Assembly (NCBI GenBank): GCA_023270055.1
Contig: JAGDYB010000008.1
Span: forward strand, 3,438 to 67,437
Direction of reading: 5' to 3'
Length of the DNA: 64,000 bases
Source of the DNA: Candidatus Micrarchaeota archaeon
GTDB taxonomy: Archaea > Micrarchaeota > Micrarchaeia > Micrarchaeales > CABMGC01
Position numbers and translations under genes: made by a program. Positions 45,255 to 54,842 of this stretch are shown here, in pieces. How positions within the stretch are numbered: the stretch's first letter is position 1; each line of letters begins with the position of its first letter. Below the pieces are notes generated by a model that saw only the letters and a list, made by a program, of their open reading frames with translations, made no database searches and was not told where the DNA came from.

Positions 45255-46473
45255 GTCTCTTCTGCAGCATGTGGTGCCTAAGTATAGTACTGTTTCTGAT
45301 CCACGTTGATATCGAAATATCCATTTTGTTGTCTACATAACGAAGCGCATCGTATATGCTGTCAAACTTTATGGGCTGTGTCTTAAGCGTTTCCCTTACG
45401 TGTTCTCTCACATTCCATACTCCTACTGGCATTATATATCCCGGATGCGTTTCCCTCAAGATTACAACGCTTGCGATTTTGCCTATCCTATTCAAATGCT
45501 CCGATACTGCAAGCCTTGCAGCATAATAGCACCCGCCTATTTCCGCGTACGTCTTTCTTCCTTTGCTGAATTCGTGCGAGGAATATATCTGTATGTTTGG
45601 GTTGTCTCTGTTCCACGTTGTGTTCGGGTACCACGCCTCGATCAGTTCATAACTCCACTCGCCAGGCATCATAAGCACTATCCACCTGGTGTCAAGCGCG
45701 ATGCTCTCGTATATTGTTGTTGCATCTATAGTATTATAGGTCATTACCTTCTCCAAGTTGGCTTTTGATATGGTATCATCCACTGCTGTTATGCTCCATC
45801 TTGTAGGTACAAATTTCCTTTTGCCATGCGTCCCTAAAACGCCTGCGGAGAGCGCCTTCTGTATTTTTGACACGATCACCTTTTTGTTGTACAACTCTAC
45901 TATCGCATCTTTTGCATGAAGGTCGGTGTCAAAGTATGCCTTTTCAACGTCTCTGTTTGGAGAGACATCTTCTATTTTAAGGTTCTTCAGCGGCGCGCTA
46001 GGCCCAAATGGCTGCGAATTGTCATCAAACCTCAAACCCATATCCGGTTTCTTCTTCAGTTCCACTTCAGCATAAGTATATTTGTCTGCAATTGCAAGCT
46101 CAGTCATAATTTCTTCTACCTTCCCTTTGTCAACATTGTTTACGTTGGTTTCATAGATCCCGCGCACCAATAGTGACCGGTATTTTACTATTTCTTCAAT
46201 ACTCTTGTCTGCCCACATTTCAGGCGTGCCAAGCACGGTGGTATCGCCAAGCTGCGGCGGCACAAGAGGGCCTATATACACGTGCGGATATCCGTATCTC
46301 CCCACGAAAAGATCAGGCGGAGAAGAGCCCTCTATTTCCTCCTTGTCAAGCATCGACACTGTCTTGAATTTGTAGTAGTATTTGAGGAACTGCGGGCTCT
46401 TCATATACTGGTATATAGATTTTGATCTTACTGCGCTCGTTTCGCTGCGGTTCTGTGTCGAATTAGCATGCAT
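45244..46473 (-). CDS. Nre-family archaeal DNA repair protein (DUF650/DUF651)
   Basis: 409 aa. SSPPDLFVGRYGYPHVYIGPLVPP matches the conserved Nre N-terminal signature as I recall it. Confidence 0.65.
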   Translation of the reverse strand: MHANSTQNRSETSAVRSKSIYQYMKSPQFLKYYYKFKTVSMLDKEEIEGSSPPDLFVGRYGYPHVYIGPLVPPQLGDTTVLGTPEMWADKSIEEIVKYRSLLVRGIYETNVNNVDKGKVEEIMTELAIADKYTYAEVELKKKPDMGLRFDDNSQPFGPSAPLKNLKIEDVSPNRDVEKAYFDTDLHAKDAIVELYNKKVIVSKIQKALSAGVLGTHGKRKFVPTRWSITAVDDTISKANLEKVMTYNTIDATTIYESIALDTRWIVLMMPGEWSYELIEAWYPNTTWNRDNPNIQIYSSHEFSKGRKTYAEIGGCYYAARLAVSEHLNRIGKIASVVILRETHPGYIMPVGVWNVREHVRETLKTQPIKFDSIYDALRYVDNKMDISISTWIRNSTILRHHMLQKRLIV

Positions 46474-46525
46474 AATATATACTTATTCTTTATTATATTT
46501 ATTTTTTTGTATATAAATTGATTTC

Positions 46526-47599
46526 ATGAATGGAGTCATAAGGAAGAGGTTGTCAAGGCTATTCAACGGTGCCGAATTTGATGCCGTGCTAATATCAAAT
46601 TCGGGTCCTAGTGAAATAGATCCAGATTTTGTCTATCTATCAGGCCTAAAACGAGGTGTATATGAATCCAACATGGTTGTAGCCACAAAAGAGCGCAGAT
46701 TTGTATTTACAACACCTCTTGATTATGACGATTGCGTCTCACAGCTAGGGAGCAAAGCGGATGTAATAGACATGTCGGCAAACGGCGCGAAAAATGACCT
46801 AGTAAGCTTGCTTGAAGGAAAAGTGGTAGGCATAAACGGCTCATATCTACCATATTCGGAATACAGAAGAATAAAGCGCGAATACAAGATTAAGAGCCTT
46901 GTTGATGTAAGCGGAAAGCTGCTTGAAGCACGTTTGGTAAAGGACAAAACTGAAATAATGTCAATGAAGCGCGCGATAGGCATAACAAAGAAAGCGATGA
47001 AAGAAATAATAAGTCATGTCAAGCAAGGTATGACCGAGCTTGAGCTCGCGGGCATATTTGAGGAAATTCTGCATAGGAACGGTGCCGACGGGACGTCATT
47101 CAAGACCATAGTTGCATTTGGAAAGAACAGTGCCATCCCTCACCATATGCCGGACAGCACAAGGTTCAAACATGGCGATGTGGTGCTCATAGATGCAGGT
47201 GCAACATACGAATTCTATTGTGCTGACATGACAAGAACATTTCTCACCGGCAAGAAAGATGAGGGCATAAAGAAAATATACGATACCGTGGCAGAGGCTC
47301 AGCGCCGGGCGATAAGCATGATGCACGTGGGGGAGAATGGCAGAAACGTAGACAAGGCAGCAAGGGACTACATAGACAGCGTGTACGAAGGCAAATACAA
47401 AGGAAGATTCACGCACTCTCTTGGACATTCGGTAGGAATAGAAGTGCATGATGGTTATGTGCTTTCGCCTAAATCCAACGTAGTTCTGAAGGAAGGAATG
47501 GTGTTTACAGCTGAGCCAGGCGTATACGTTCCGGGGCTCGGTGGCGTAAGAATAGAAGACGACATACTTATAACAAAAAACGGTCCAATAAAAATGTAG
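46526..47599 (+). CDS. M24-family Xaa-Pro peptidase
   Basis: VLIDAGATYEFYCADMTRTF, HSLGHSVGIEVHD and GGVRIEDD metal-ligand motifs. Confidence 0.88.
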   Translation: MNGVIRKRLSRLFNGAEFDAVLISNSGPSEIDPDFVYLSGLKRGVYESNMVVATKERRFVFTTPLDYDDCVSQLGSKADVIDMSANGAKNDLVSLLEGKVVGINGSYLPYSEYRRIKREYKIKSLVDVSGKLLEARLVKDKTEIMSMKRAIGITKKAMKEIISHVKQGMTELELAGIFEEILHRNGADGTSFKTIVAFGKNSAIPHHMPDSTRFKHGDVVLIDAGATYEFYCADMTRTFLTGKKDEGIKKIYDTVAEAQRRAISMMHVGENGRNVDKAARDYIDSVYEGKYKGRFTHSLGHSVGIEVHDGYVLSPKSNVVLKEGMVFTAEPGVYVPGLGGVRIEDDILITKNGPIKM

Positions 47600-47601
47600 A
47601 T

Positions 47602-47675
47602 GGGGAGCTCTGCTAGCTTGGTTAGGCTTCCAGGTTCGGGACCTGGCGACCCGTGTTCAAATCACGGGCTCCCCG
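47602..47675 (+). tRNA. tRNA-Pro(CGG)
   Basis: Fold: GGGGAGC TC TGCT AGCTTGGTTA GGCT T CCAGG TTCGGGA CCTGG CGAC CCGTG TTCAAAT CACGG GCTCCCC G. The acceptor, anticodon and T arms are perfect and the D-stem is weak (3 bp). It is followed by CTTTTTT and starts 2 nt after the peptidase stop. Confidence 0.85.
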
Positions 47676-47722
47676 CTTTTTTCGCTCTTCTTGTGTAGTA
47701 GCAGGCGGAGTGGGCGAATAAG

Positions 47723-48826
47723 CTATATCAACTTCAAATATGCTTCTAGCTGTCCTGCATCGCTGAAATATCTGTGGCCTGAGGCTTTCCTAAGTCTGTT
47801 CATTATCGCGAGCCCCACTCCGCGTTGCGGAAAAGACTCGGCTATGGCAAAGCTTACTTTTGTGCTATCTAAAAATATCAGCCTGTCGAACAGGTTGTGT
47901 GCTATCTCTCTAAGGTTTCTCCTGTTGCCTAATGCTATAAACCTGACATTTTTATTTTGCCTTGCGCTAAGCTTATTGCGTATTTCATCGCACATTTCTA
48001 CGGAACCAACGAATGCGAACCTGCGCTTGCTTTTTTCTGTAGCAGCCATTATGACATAAGGCAGCCTCGACAAAGCGCCGCTGTAAAGAAGCAAAGGAGT
48101 TTCAGGTGCATAATGTTTGTACTTCGTGCCAGGGCTTATTGCAATTTTTGCATTCTTGTTGCCTAATGCTTCAGGAGTTATTTTTGGCATTCTGCCAAAG
48201 TGCTTTGCTATCTCTTCAACACTGAATGCGCCGGCCCTTACAAGAGCGAACCGTCTAAGGTCTATTATTGTCGATTCAATCCCATTCTGCGCTGGGCCGG
48301 AGTCTATTATGACATCCACTTTGTCCCTGAAATACTGCAATGCATGTTCGGCCTTCGTTGCAGAAGGCATCGTTGATACATTTGCGCTCGGCGCTGCAAT
48401 TGGCACGCCGGCCTTATTTATTAGTCTCAGCGCTACCTTGTGTGCTGGCATCCTTACTGCTATAGTATCTAATTTGGCGACTGCGACTTCTGATAGTATC
48501 TTCTTACTCTTCAATATGAATGTGATCGGTGCAGGCCACAACCTTTTGATAACATTCCTATACATTTCCGGTATGTAAGCTATCTTCTCGGCCATTTCAA
48601 TGCTTGAGACGTGGATTATGAGTGGGTTGTCCACATTCCTATTCTTCACCTTATATATTCTTCTGCACGCTTCTGAGTCAAAAGCGTTTGCGCCTATGCC
48701 ATATACGGTTTCAGTTGGAAATACAACAAGCTTGCCTGCCCTTATGGCCTTTGCAGCAACTTCTATCTTTTTACTTTCAGGTCTATTCCTATTGATCTTG
48801 AGCAATATTGTCTTCATGACTATCAA
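47723..48826 (-). CDS. sua5: L-threonylcarbamoyladenylate synthase Sua5/TsaC (with Sua5 C-terminal domain)
   Basis: AIRAGKLVVFPTETVYGIGANAFD and APSAN motifs. 367 aa. Confidence 0.88.
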   Translation of the reverse strand: MIVMKTILLKINRNRPESKKIEVAAKAIRAGKLVVFPTETVYGIGANAFDSEACRRIYKVKNRNVDNPLIIHVSSIEMAEKIAYIPEMYRNVIKRLWPAPITFILKSKKILSEVAVAKLDTIAVRMPAHKVALRLINKAGVPIAAPSANVSTMPSATKAEHALQYFRDKVDVIIDSGPAQNGIESTIIDLRRFALVRAGAFSVEEIAKHFGRMPKITPEALGNKNAKIAISPGTKYKHYAPETPLLLYSGALSRLPYVIMAATEKSKRRFAFVGSVEMCDEIRNKLSARQNKNVRFIALGNRRNLREIAHNLFDRLIFLDSTKVSFAIAESFPQRGVGLAIMNRLRKASGHRYFSDAGQLEAYLKLI

Positions 48827-49947
48827 TGTAAGACTTTTGACACTGCCTTTCTTGCTTCATCAACCTTGCTTTTGTCGCATGCAACAAGAAGCTGGTACTT
48901 TTTCTTGAGAACATCCTCTAGAGTCTTTATAAAAGGTGAGAAGTCCGTAAGCTTGCCTATCAATTCACCGTTCTTGTCCACTATCGGTATGTCTTCTCTC
49001 CCCTCATCTCTCAAGCTTATCAGCTTTACGACATATTCGTCTGCATTGAGCCCAATGTTGCTCAGGGCGTTCTCAATTTCCCCAAGCTTGACATCGCCCC
49101 TCACCTTGCCATAATACGCCCTCTTGAACAGCACACGCCGCTCTATGTTTTTCACGATATTCGCCGCAGAAGTGGAGTGCAGCTTGTACAAGAGCACGTT
49201 GTCGTTTGTTTCAACGAGCTCCTTTGGATCGAACTCGCCATTTTCTATTGCCTTCTCCAGCGCCGTCCTAAGCATACCTTCGGCTATGAGCACTGTGTGG
49301 TGCATGTAAACGTTCGAATACATGAAATATCTGGCTATCAGTATTGATTCGGCCTCAGCGATTGCATGCTCGTAAACAGCGAGCTTGTGGCCTTTCAGCA
49401 CGAAGTTGTTTATGAGCCTTGCGTAATCTATTATGCCATATGCGACGCCGATGTGGTACGAATCCCGCATGAGGTAGTCCAGCCTATCCGAGCCTAATAT
49501 GCCCCCCACAATTTCATATGCACTTCCACCGTCAAAATAGCTCATCACCTTTCTTATCGAAAAGCCTGCGTCGCTTATAATATCTTTTATCTCAGATTTG
49601 GCTACTATCTCCTTGCCTACCTCCTCATGACTCTTATGCAGATACTTTTTCATTGCGTATTCTGTCTGGTGAGAAAATGGGCCATGGCCTATGTCATGCA
49701 GGAGCCCTGCATATTCAAATTCCGGTACGCGCCTGCCATACACCTTGCTCGCCACTTCCTTGGTAAGGTGCATAGTACCTATTGAATGCTCAAGCCTTGT
49801 GTGCATGCCACTCGGATATACTAGGTACGTGAGGCCCAGCTGCTTTATGTAGTATAACCTTTGCATGCGTTCGCTGCTCAATATCCTGCTTTCTACATCG
49901 TCAAATTCGATTATCTTGTATATTGGGTCTCTTATGTACATTCCCAC
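48823..49947 (-). CDS. HD-domain metal-dependent phosphohydrolase (dNTPase/SAMHD1-like)
   Basis: RLEHSIGTMHL and GLLHDIGHGPFSH motifs. 374 aa. Confidence 0.82.
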   Translation of the reverse strand: MGMYIRDPIYKIIEFDDVESRILSSERMQRLYYIKQLGLTYLVYPSGMHTRLEHSIGTMHLTKEVASKVYGRRVPEFEYAGLLHDIGHGPFSHQTEYAMKKYLHKSHEEVGKEIVAKSEIKDIISDAGFSIRKVMSYFDGGSAYEIVGGILGSDRLDYLMRDSYHIGVAYGIIDYARLINNFVLKGHKLAVYEHAIAEAESILIARYFMYSNVYMHHTVLIAEGMLRTALEKAIENGEFDPKELVETNDNVLLYKLHSTSAANIVKNIERRVLFKRAYYGKVRGDVKLGEIENALSNIGLNADEYVVKLISLRDEGREDIPIVDKNGELIGKLTDFSPFIKTLEDVLKKKYQLLVACDKSKVDEARKAVSKVLH

Positions 49948-49973
49948 ACTACCATATTTTTTGCAGCAGCAAC

Positions 49974-50627
49974 CTATTTACCCATTTCCAATATAGCGCT
50001 TAAGAATTTCTTCCTGTCTCCTATCTTTGCCGAAAGTGCGCTTATTCTCCTGTCCTTTGCCCTTATTCTTCTTCTTATCGCTGTTATCCTTTTCTTCCTG
50101 AGGAACTTAAATATGCTTGATTCGTTATACTTAAGCTTCAGCACAAGCGACTCCAATTCTGCGCTTTCCTTTCTCGACTTATCCTCAAGCTTGCGTATTC
50201 TTCTGCCATACCTGTCTACATACATATTGTAGAATTTCCGCATGTTTTCAAGACTCTTCGCCTTCGAAACCATGCCTATAACAAGCGCTTCTGCAAGTTC
50301 GCTTCCAAATTCACTCTTGTATGCATAGCTCAGTGCCTCAACTATCCTTATATATCTCCGCAGTTCGTCGCTGCCCATACCTTTTGCGGTTGCAGCAAAG
50401 TCCTTCATGATACAAACTTCATAGCTTTTGCTGCCGAGTATGCTGTTTATTTTCTGCACGTGATTTTCTAAAAGCTCGCGCATCTCCGCCTGTTTTATCT
50501 TCGCAGTCCACTCCTTTCTTACTATGTTTGATGCTATCTCGTCTATTCCAAGGCTATGCGTCTCCCTATTCTCTATGCTTGGCAGTTGCTGCCCTATCTC
50601 ATCATATCCAAAAGCGCTTGCTTCCAT
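49974..50627 (-). CDS. Hypothetical helical protein
   Basis: 217 aa. Coding-like, with a basic coiled C-terminus (RKKRITAIRRRIRAKDRRISAL). No recognised domain. Confidence 0.5.
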   Translation of the reverse strand: MEASAFGYDEIGQQLPSIENRETHSLGIDEIASNIVRKEWTAKIKQAEMRELLENHVQKINSILGSKSYEVCIMKDFAATAKGMGSDELRRYIRIVEALSYAYKSEFGSELAEALVIGMVSKAKSLENMRKFYNMYVDRYGRRIRKLEDKSRKESAELESLVLKLKYNESSIFKFLRKKRITAIRRRIRAKDRRISALSAKIGDRKKFLSAILEMGK

Positions 50628-50628
50628 A

Positions 50629-52350
50629 TCACAAACCTATGAAAACCATTTTCTCCTTGTCATCCAGCTTCGCAAATCCGACCCGTTCGAATTGGACTAC
50701 CTCGTTTACGCCAAGCTGCTCAGCATATTTTTCCACATAACCCGGAACACGCTTAAGGCTTTCAGGGTTGAATTTTCCGTCTACAATAAGATCTCCTGGC
50801 ACAAGCAGCGTCGCGTTGGTGAAGTTACCTTCATCGACCCACTGTATCCTTTTTGCATCAGCATTTCCCCTCTCAACATATTTTGCTGTTATTGTTGCAT
50901 CAACTTTCTCTACTTCTATGTCGTATGCGTCCTTGAGCTTTACTATTTCGCCAGGCTTTAAGGCACTAGCATCATTCTTGCTTATGTATAATGTGTTTCC
51001 AATTACATATTCTCTATTTCCCATGTCGTTTTGCGGATGCAGCGGAATGCTGACTTTTAATTTGTCTATTCCCATTACTTTTACCATCACTGGTTCTGCA
51101 ACGAAAAATAACCTTTTGGAAACAGGATCGATTATCTTTCTATTTTCAGATAGCAGCATGTCTATCTTTACCTTGCTTTCAACCTTGCTGAGTCCGAAGC
51201 GTAGCACAAATCTTTTTATTGCCTCTGGTGCTATGCCTCTCCTGCGCAGGCCGGAAATAGTGACAAGCCGTGGGTCGTCGTATCCGGATATAAGCCCCTT
51301 TGCGACAAGCTGGTTTATTTCCCTTTTTTTTGTCGTGTTGTCCAATATCTCAAGCCTTGAGAATGAGTGTATCTTGGGCTTTCTAAGCTCCAGCTCGTCA
51401 AGAATCCTGTAATAAAGCTCGTCCCTAAGTTCATATTCCTTTGACCTTATTGCATCGGTGACCCCATGCAGGGAATCATTTATCGGGGTGTTGAAATCAT
51501 AAGTAGGCCATACTCTGTACTTGTTTCCCTGTCTATAATGCGCGTGGTGCTTTATCCTAAACAGCGTTGGGTCTCTCATGACTGTGTTCTGTGCCTTCAT
51601 ATCCCCCTTGAACCTCAAGACAGCAACATTATCTTCGAAGGCATCGTTGAGCATCTTCTTCCACAATTCAAGGTTTTCATTAACACTTTGCCTCCTATGC
51701 TCGCATTCTCTCATGTTTTTCCTATTTTCCTTTATCGTGTCCGTGGTGCAAAGGCAAACGTATGCGGCACCTTTCTTTATAAGGTTTTCAGCGTAGTAGT
51801 AAAGCTTGTCAATGTTGTCGCTTGCATAATACTCATCGTCAAACTTTACTCCAAGCCAGTCGAGATCCCTTTTTATCGCATCAACATATTCCTGTAGCTC
51901 CTTCTCCGGATTAGTGTCGTCAAAATAGAGGAAGATTTTTCCGCTGTATTTTTTTGCGATCTCGCTTGCCACAAATGCCGCTTTCGCATGGCCTATGTGC
52001 ATGTACCCGCTAGGCTCAGGCGCGAACCTTGTGGCTATACTGCCGGAGCTTGTTTCAATCGCTATGTTTGGTTTCGCGCTTTTTTCCAGCTTCTCCTGTT
52101 CCCTTTTTTCCAACATCTCCTTGTTAGCTTCATAGCCCTTGCCATATAGCTCCTCTATCTCGCTCCTGCTCATTTTATTTATCCTTTCCACGATCTGCGC
52201 TATCTCGGTTGCCGTGCCTTTCACATCAGCCTTCAGCTCAGGAAAATCTGCAAGCACCTTGCCAAGCACCGCATTGGCATTGGCCGTCCCGTAGTCAATA
52301 GCGTTTTTCGCCGCATACATCAATGCTCTTTCCTCAACGTCTTTTCTCAT
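50629..52350 (-). CDS. gltX: Glutamate--tRNA ligase (archaeal type)
   Basis: RFAPEPSGYMHIGHAKAA (HIGH motif), FDDTNPEKE. 573 aa with a C-terminal anticodon-binding beta-barrel region. Confidence 0.9.
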   Translation of the reverse strand: MRKDVEERALMYAAKNAIDYGTANANAVLGKVLADFPELKADVKGTATEIAQIVERINKMSRSEIEELYGKGYEANKEMLEKREQEKLEKSAKPNIAIETSSGSIATRFAPEPSGYMHIGHAKAAFVASEIAKKYSGKIFLYFDDTNPEKELQEYVDAIKRDLDWLGVKFDDEYYASDNIDKLYYYAENLIKKGAAYVCLCTTDTIKENRKNMRECEHRRQSVNENLELWKKMLNDAFEDNVAVLRFKGDMKAQNTVMRDPTLFRIKHHAHYRQGNKYRVWPTYDFNTPINDSLHGVTDAIRSKEYELRDELYYRILDELELRKPKIHSFSRLEILDNTTKKREINQLVAKGLISGYDDPRLVTISGLRRRGIAPEAIKRFVLRFGLSKVESKVKIDMLLSENRKIIDPVSKRLFFVAEPVMVKVMGIDKLKVSIPLHPQNDMGNREYVIGNTLYISKNDASALKPGEIVKLKDAYDIEVEKVDATITAKYVERGNADAKRIQWVDEGNFTNATLLVPGDLIVDGKFNPESLKRVPGYVEKYAEQLGVNEVVQFERVGFAKLDDKEKMVFIGL

Positions 52351-52354
52351 TGGA

Positions 52355-52969
52355 TCAGCCCGTCACCGGAGTTATGGTCGCATTGAATAGTGTAGCATTT
52401 GACGCTATTATTATTCCGAATACCCTCACATTCGCTGTAGTGCTGTTAGTAACGTGCAGTTTTACAATATAATTCATAAGCTTTTGCGGGACAAGCACCC
52501 TTACTAGCTGTCCGCCTATGCTGAAGTTGATATATTGTGGAAGGCTTACGAACGCTTGCGAATAGAAAGCGGTGCACTTTAGCTCGCTAGCGTTAAGCTG
52601 CTTTGAAAATGCGTCGTATATGTTCATCGGGGTGGTATTGGTATTGATGTCTATTGTGAAGTTTTCTCCCCTCGAATAATAGCTGTACACGGTATTGTTG
52701 TCTTCCATCTTTAGCAGCGTGTTTGACACGGTCGCATTTGCAATACTGCCGAGTGTCGTGTTGGTGCAGTTTATTTCTATAGTCATTGGCTCTTCATACC
52801 TTACTATAGATGCACTAACATTTGTCAGCGCTGCAACGGTTCTGAGATTTATGATCGTGGTCGTGCTCACGTTGCCGCTGTTTCCAAAGCCACCGCTGAC
52901 ATAGGAACCTATGAATATCACGAATACGAACAGCGCGCCAAGTATTTGTATAAGTTTTTTCTTGTCCAT
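52355..52969 (-). CDS. Secreted/membrane-anchored sequon-rich protein
   Basis: N-terminal helix LIQILGALFVFVIFIGSYV, then a 180-aa Asn/Thr-rich domain with many N-x-S/T sequons. Confidence 0.6.
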   Translation of the reverse strand: MDKKKLIQILGALFVFVIFIGSYVSGGFGNSGNVSTTTIINLRTVAALTNVSASIVRYEEPMTIEINCTNTTLGSIANATVSNTLLKMEDNNTVYSYYSRGENFTIDINTNTTPMNIYDAFSKQLNASELKCTAFYSQAFVSLPQYINFSIGGQLVRVLVPQKLMNYIVKLHVTNSTTANVRVFGIIIASNATLFNATITPVTG

Positions 52970-53062
52970 GCAATCATAAAGCTTTATATTATGTTAAGTT
53001 AAAATAAATAAGATATTAAGGTTATCCTTAAATCTAAATATGTTTTTATAAAAGGTGAAGCA

Positions 53063-53779
53063 ATGAGCTTTGTAGATGGCGACTTCGTAAAGATCGAGTA
53101 CGATGCATGGCGCGCGGTAGACAATAAGCTTGTATATACCACCGACGAAAAAAAAGCCGAGGAAAATGGCATCCATTACAAGGACGTAAAGTACGGGCCG
53201 CAGCTTATAGTGATAGGAAAAAGCAACACCATACAGGGCCTTGACAAGGCAATAAAAAGCATGAGTGTTAACGAGTCAAAGAAGATTGAGTTGGAGCCGA
53301 AGGACGCATTCGGTGAGCGTGATCCGAACCTCGTCAGAATAATGCCGCTGTCAGATTTCAGGGCGAGGAACATCAACCCGCAGGTTGGCATGCAGGTGGA
53401 TCTTGACGGCATAATCGCTGTGATAAGAAGCGTGAACTCCGGCAGAGTTGTTGTAGATGCAAATCATCCGCTTGCAGGAGAGAAGTTAATTTACAATGTC
53501 AAAGTTGTCGAGAAGCTTGACAAGGACGAAGATCGGGTAAAGGCGCTGCTGGAGGCGAGTTCTCTTGCGCCAAAGACTCTGAAGGTGGAAGCAGAAGTGG
53601 TAAGGATGCAGTTCGGTGGCGATGTTGACAAAAACGCCGATTTTTTCGTTAACAAGTCGACCGCAATAGCTTCAATCTTCAGGTACATGGACAAGATAAA
53701 CAAGGTATTTTCTGAGGAGGAATACGACAGGCCGAAAGGCAACACTGGCGGCGCAGATAAAGCGCAAGCGCAGGCGTAG
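53063..53779 (+). CDS. FKBP-type peptidyl-prolyl cis-trans isomerase (long archaeal SlyD-like form)
   Basis: GDFVKIEYDAWRAVDNKLVYTT, VVDANHPLAGEKLIYNVKVVE. 238 aa. Confidence 0.85.
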   Translation: MSFVDGDFVKIEYDAWRAVDNKLVYTTDEKKAEENGIHYKDVKYGPQLIVIGKSNTIQGLDKAIKSMSVNESKKIELEPKDAFGERDPNLVRIMPLSDFRARNINPQVGMQVDLDGIIAVIRSVNSGRVVVDANHPLAGEKLIYNVKVVEKLDKDEDRVKALLEASSLAPKTLKVEAEVVRMQFGGDVDKNADFFVNKSTAIASIFRYMDKINKVFSEEEYDRPKGNTGGADKAQAQA

Positions 53780-53872
53780 TGCTATTTATCTCTAAAGCCT
53801 GCTAAAAATTAGACAGATGCGAGGCGTTAATCCGCACGCGCTAAGCCTTTCAAAGATGGGGGCGCGCGCGAT

Positions 53873-54061
53873 TTAGCCATTTATCCTGAGGGCATAGGCA
53901 CCGTTGACCTTCATGCCCATCTTTTTGGCCATCTCTGATTTTTCGGCATTTAACACAATGACATAGCCGCTCCACTTCGTAGTTAACTCTGTAGATCCGC
54001 ATATTGGGCACACTTCCCCCTGCGCTATAATTAACCTGCAGTTTTTACAAGCCTTAGCCAT
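53873..54061 (-). CDS. spt4: Transcription elongation factor Spt4 (RpoE'')
   Basis: Zinc ribbon CKNC...CPIC and TTKWSGYVIVLN. It sits immediately downstream of rpoE', the conserved archaeal arrangement. Confidence 0.88.
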   Translation of the reverse strand: MAKACKNCRLIIAQGEVCPICGSTELTTKWSGYVIVLNAEKSEMAKKMGMKVNGAYALRING

Positions 54062-54065
54062 TCAA

Positions 54066-54647
54066 TTACCCTTTCTTTTTTGCAGTCCTGCGCTTTTCCC
54101 GTGCAGGCGCAGCCGGCTCCGTTATCCATTCTAGTTTGCCAAGCCCCTCCGGCCTCATTGTAAGTGCGATCTTAGAATCCTTTATAGTGTTCTTTATGCT
54201 TACCGTAGACACTTTGGCAAATACTGTATCCCCTTTTTTAAGCGTCTTTCCGCTGCTTCTTGCCACAAACATGCCTGCCTTTCTGTCGTAATTCATAAAG
54301 TCTGTGGTTATCTGCGATAGGTGGACAAGGCCGTCAATAGGTCCGATCCTGACAAAGCATCCGAACTCTGTTACCTCCGAAACCTCTCCCATGACTACCT
54401 CTTCTGGCTCAAGGTTGAAAGTCAGCACGTCAAACGTAACGTAATGGTGCGTGTTCGGATCTCCAGGGAGGATAAACCCGTCACTAATATCCCTAATATT
54501 GTAGACTACGAGTATGATACCAAGGTCCCTATCCATTAACCTTTCATACTTGCTTCTGAGCAGCTCCGTCATCGCCTCGTCTATTTTTTTGCTGAAATAT
54601 TCGGGCGGTAAGCTTACCAGATCTTTTATAGTATGCACATAATACAA
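54066..54647 (-). CDS. rpoE1: DNA-directed RNA polymerase subunit E' (Rpo7)
   Basis: MYYVHTIKDLVSLPPEYF... N-domain followed by an S1 domain (GEVSEVTEFGCFVRIGPIDGLVHLSQI). Confidence 0.9.
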   Translation of the reverse strand: MYYVHTIKDLVSLPPEYFSKKIDEAMTELLRSKYERLMDRDLGIILVVYNIRDISDGFILPGDPNTHHYVTFDVLTFNLEPEEVVMGEVSEVTEFGCFVRIGPIDGLVHLSQITTDFMNYDRKAGMFVARSSGKTLKKGDTVFAKVSTVSIKNTIKDSKIALTMRPEGLGKLEWITEPAAPAREKRRTAKKKG

Positions 54648-54842
54648 CGACTCACCTAGGATTTGATATTATTATTAATCAATTAATATTTAAAAGAGTT
54701 CCCTTAACCCAATTGAAGGCTGCATTATATACTTTTGCACCTTATTCTGCAAATTCTGCACGTTTTAATGCTATGCGGCGCCCTTCAAGCGGATGAAGTT
54801 GTTGCCTTTCTGCCAGGCATTCCATAATAGGCTTTGTGATCA

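Noticed and set aside
54648-54842. Possible small RNA in the 195-nt gap upstream of rpoE' (contains GGATGAAG and a GC-rich hairpin-like stretch)
   Set aside because: It has no consensus C or D boxes, no tRNA-like fold and no clear structure. It is most simply the rpoE'-spt4 promoter and leader.
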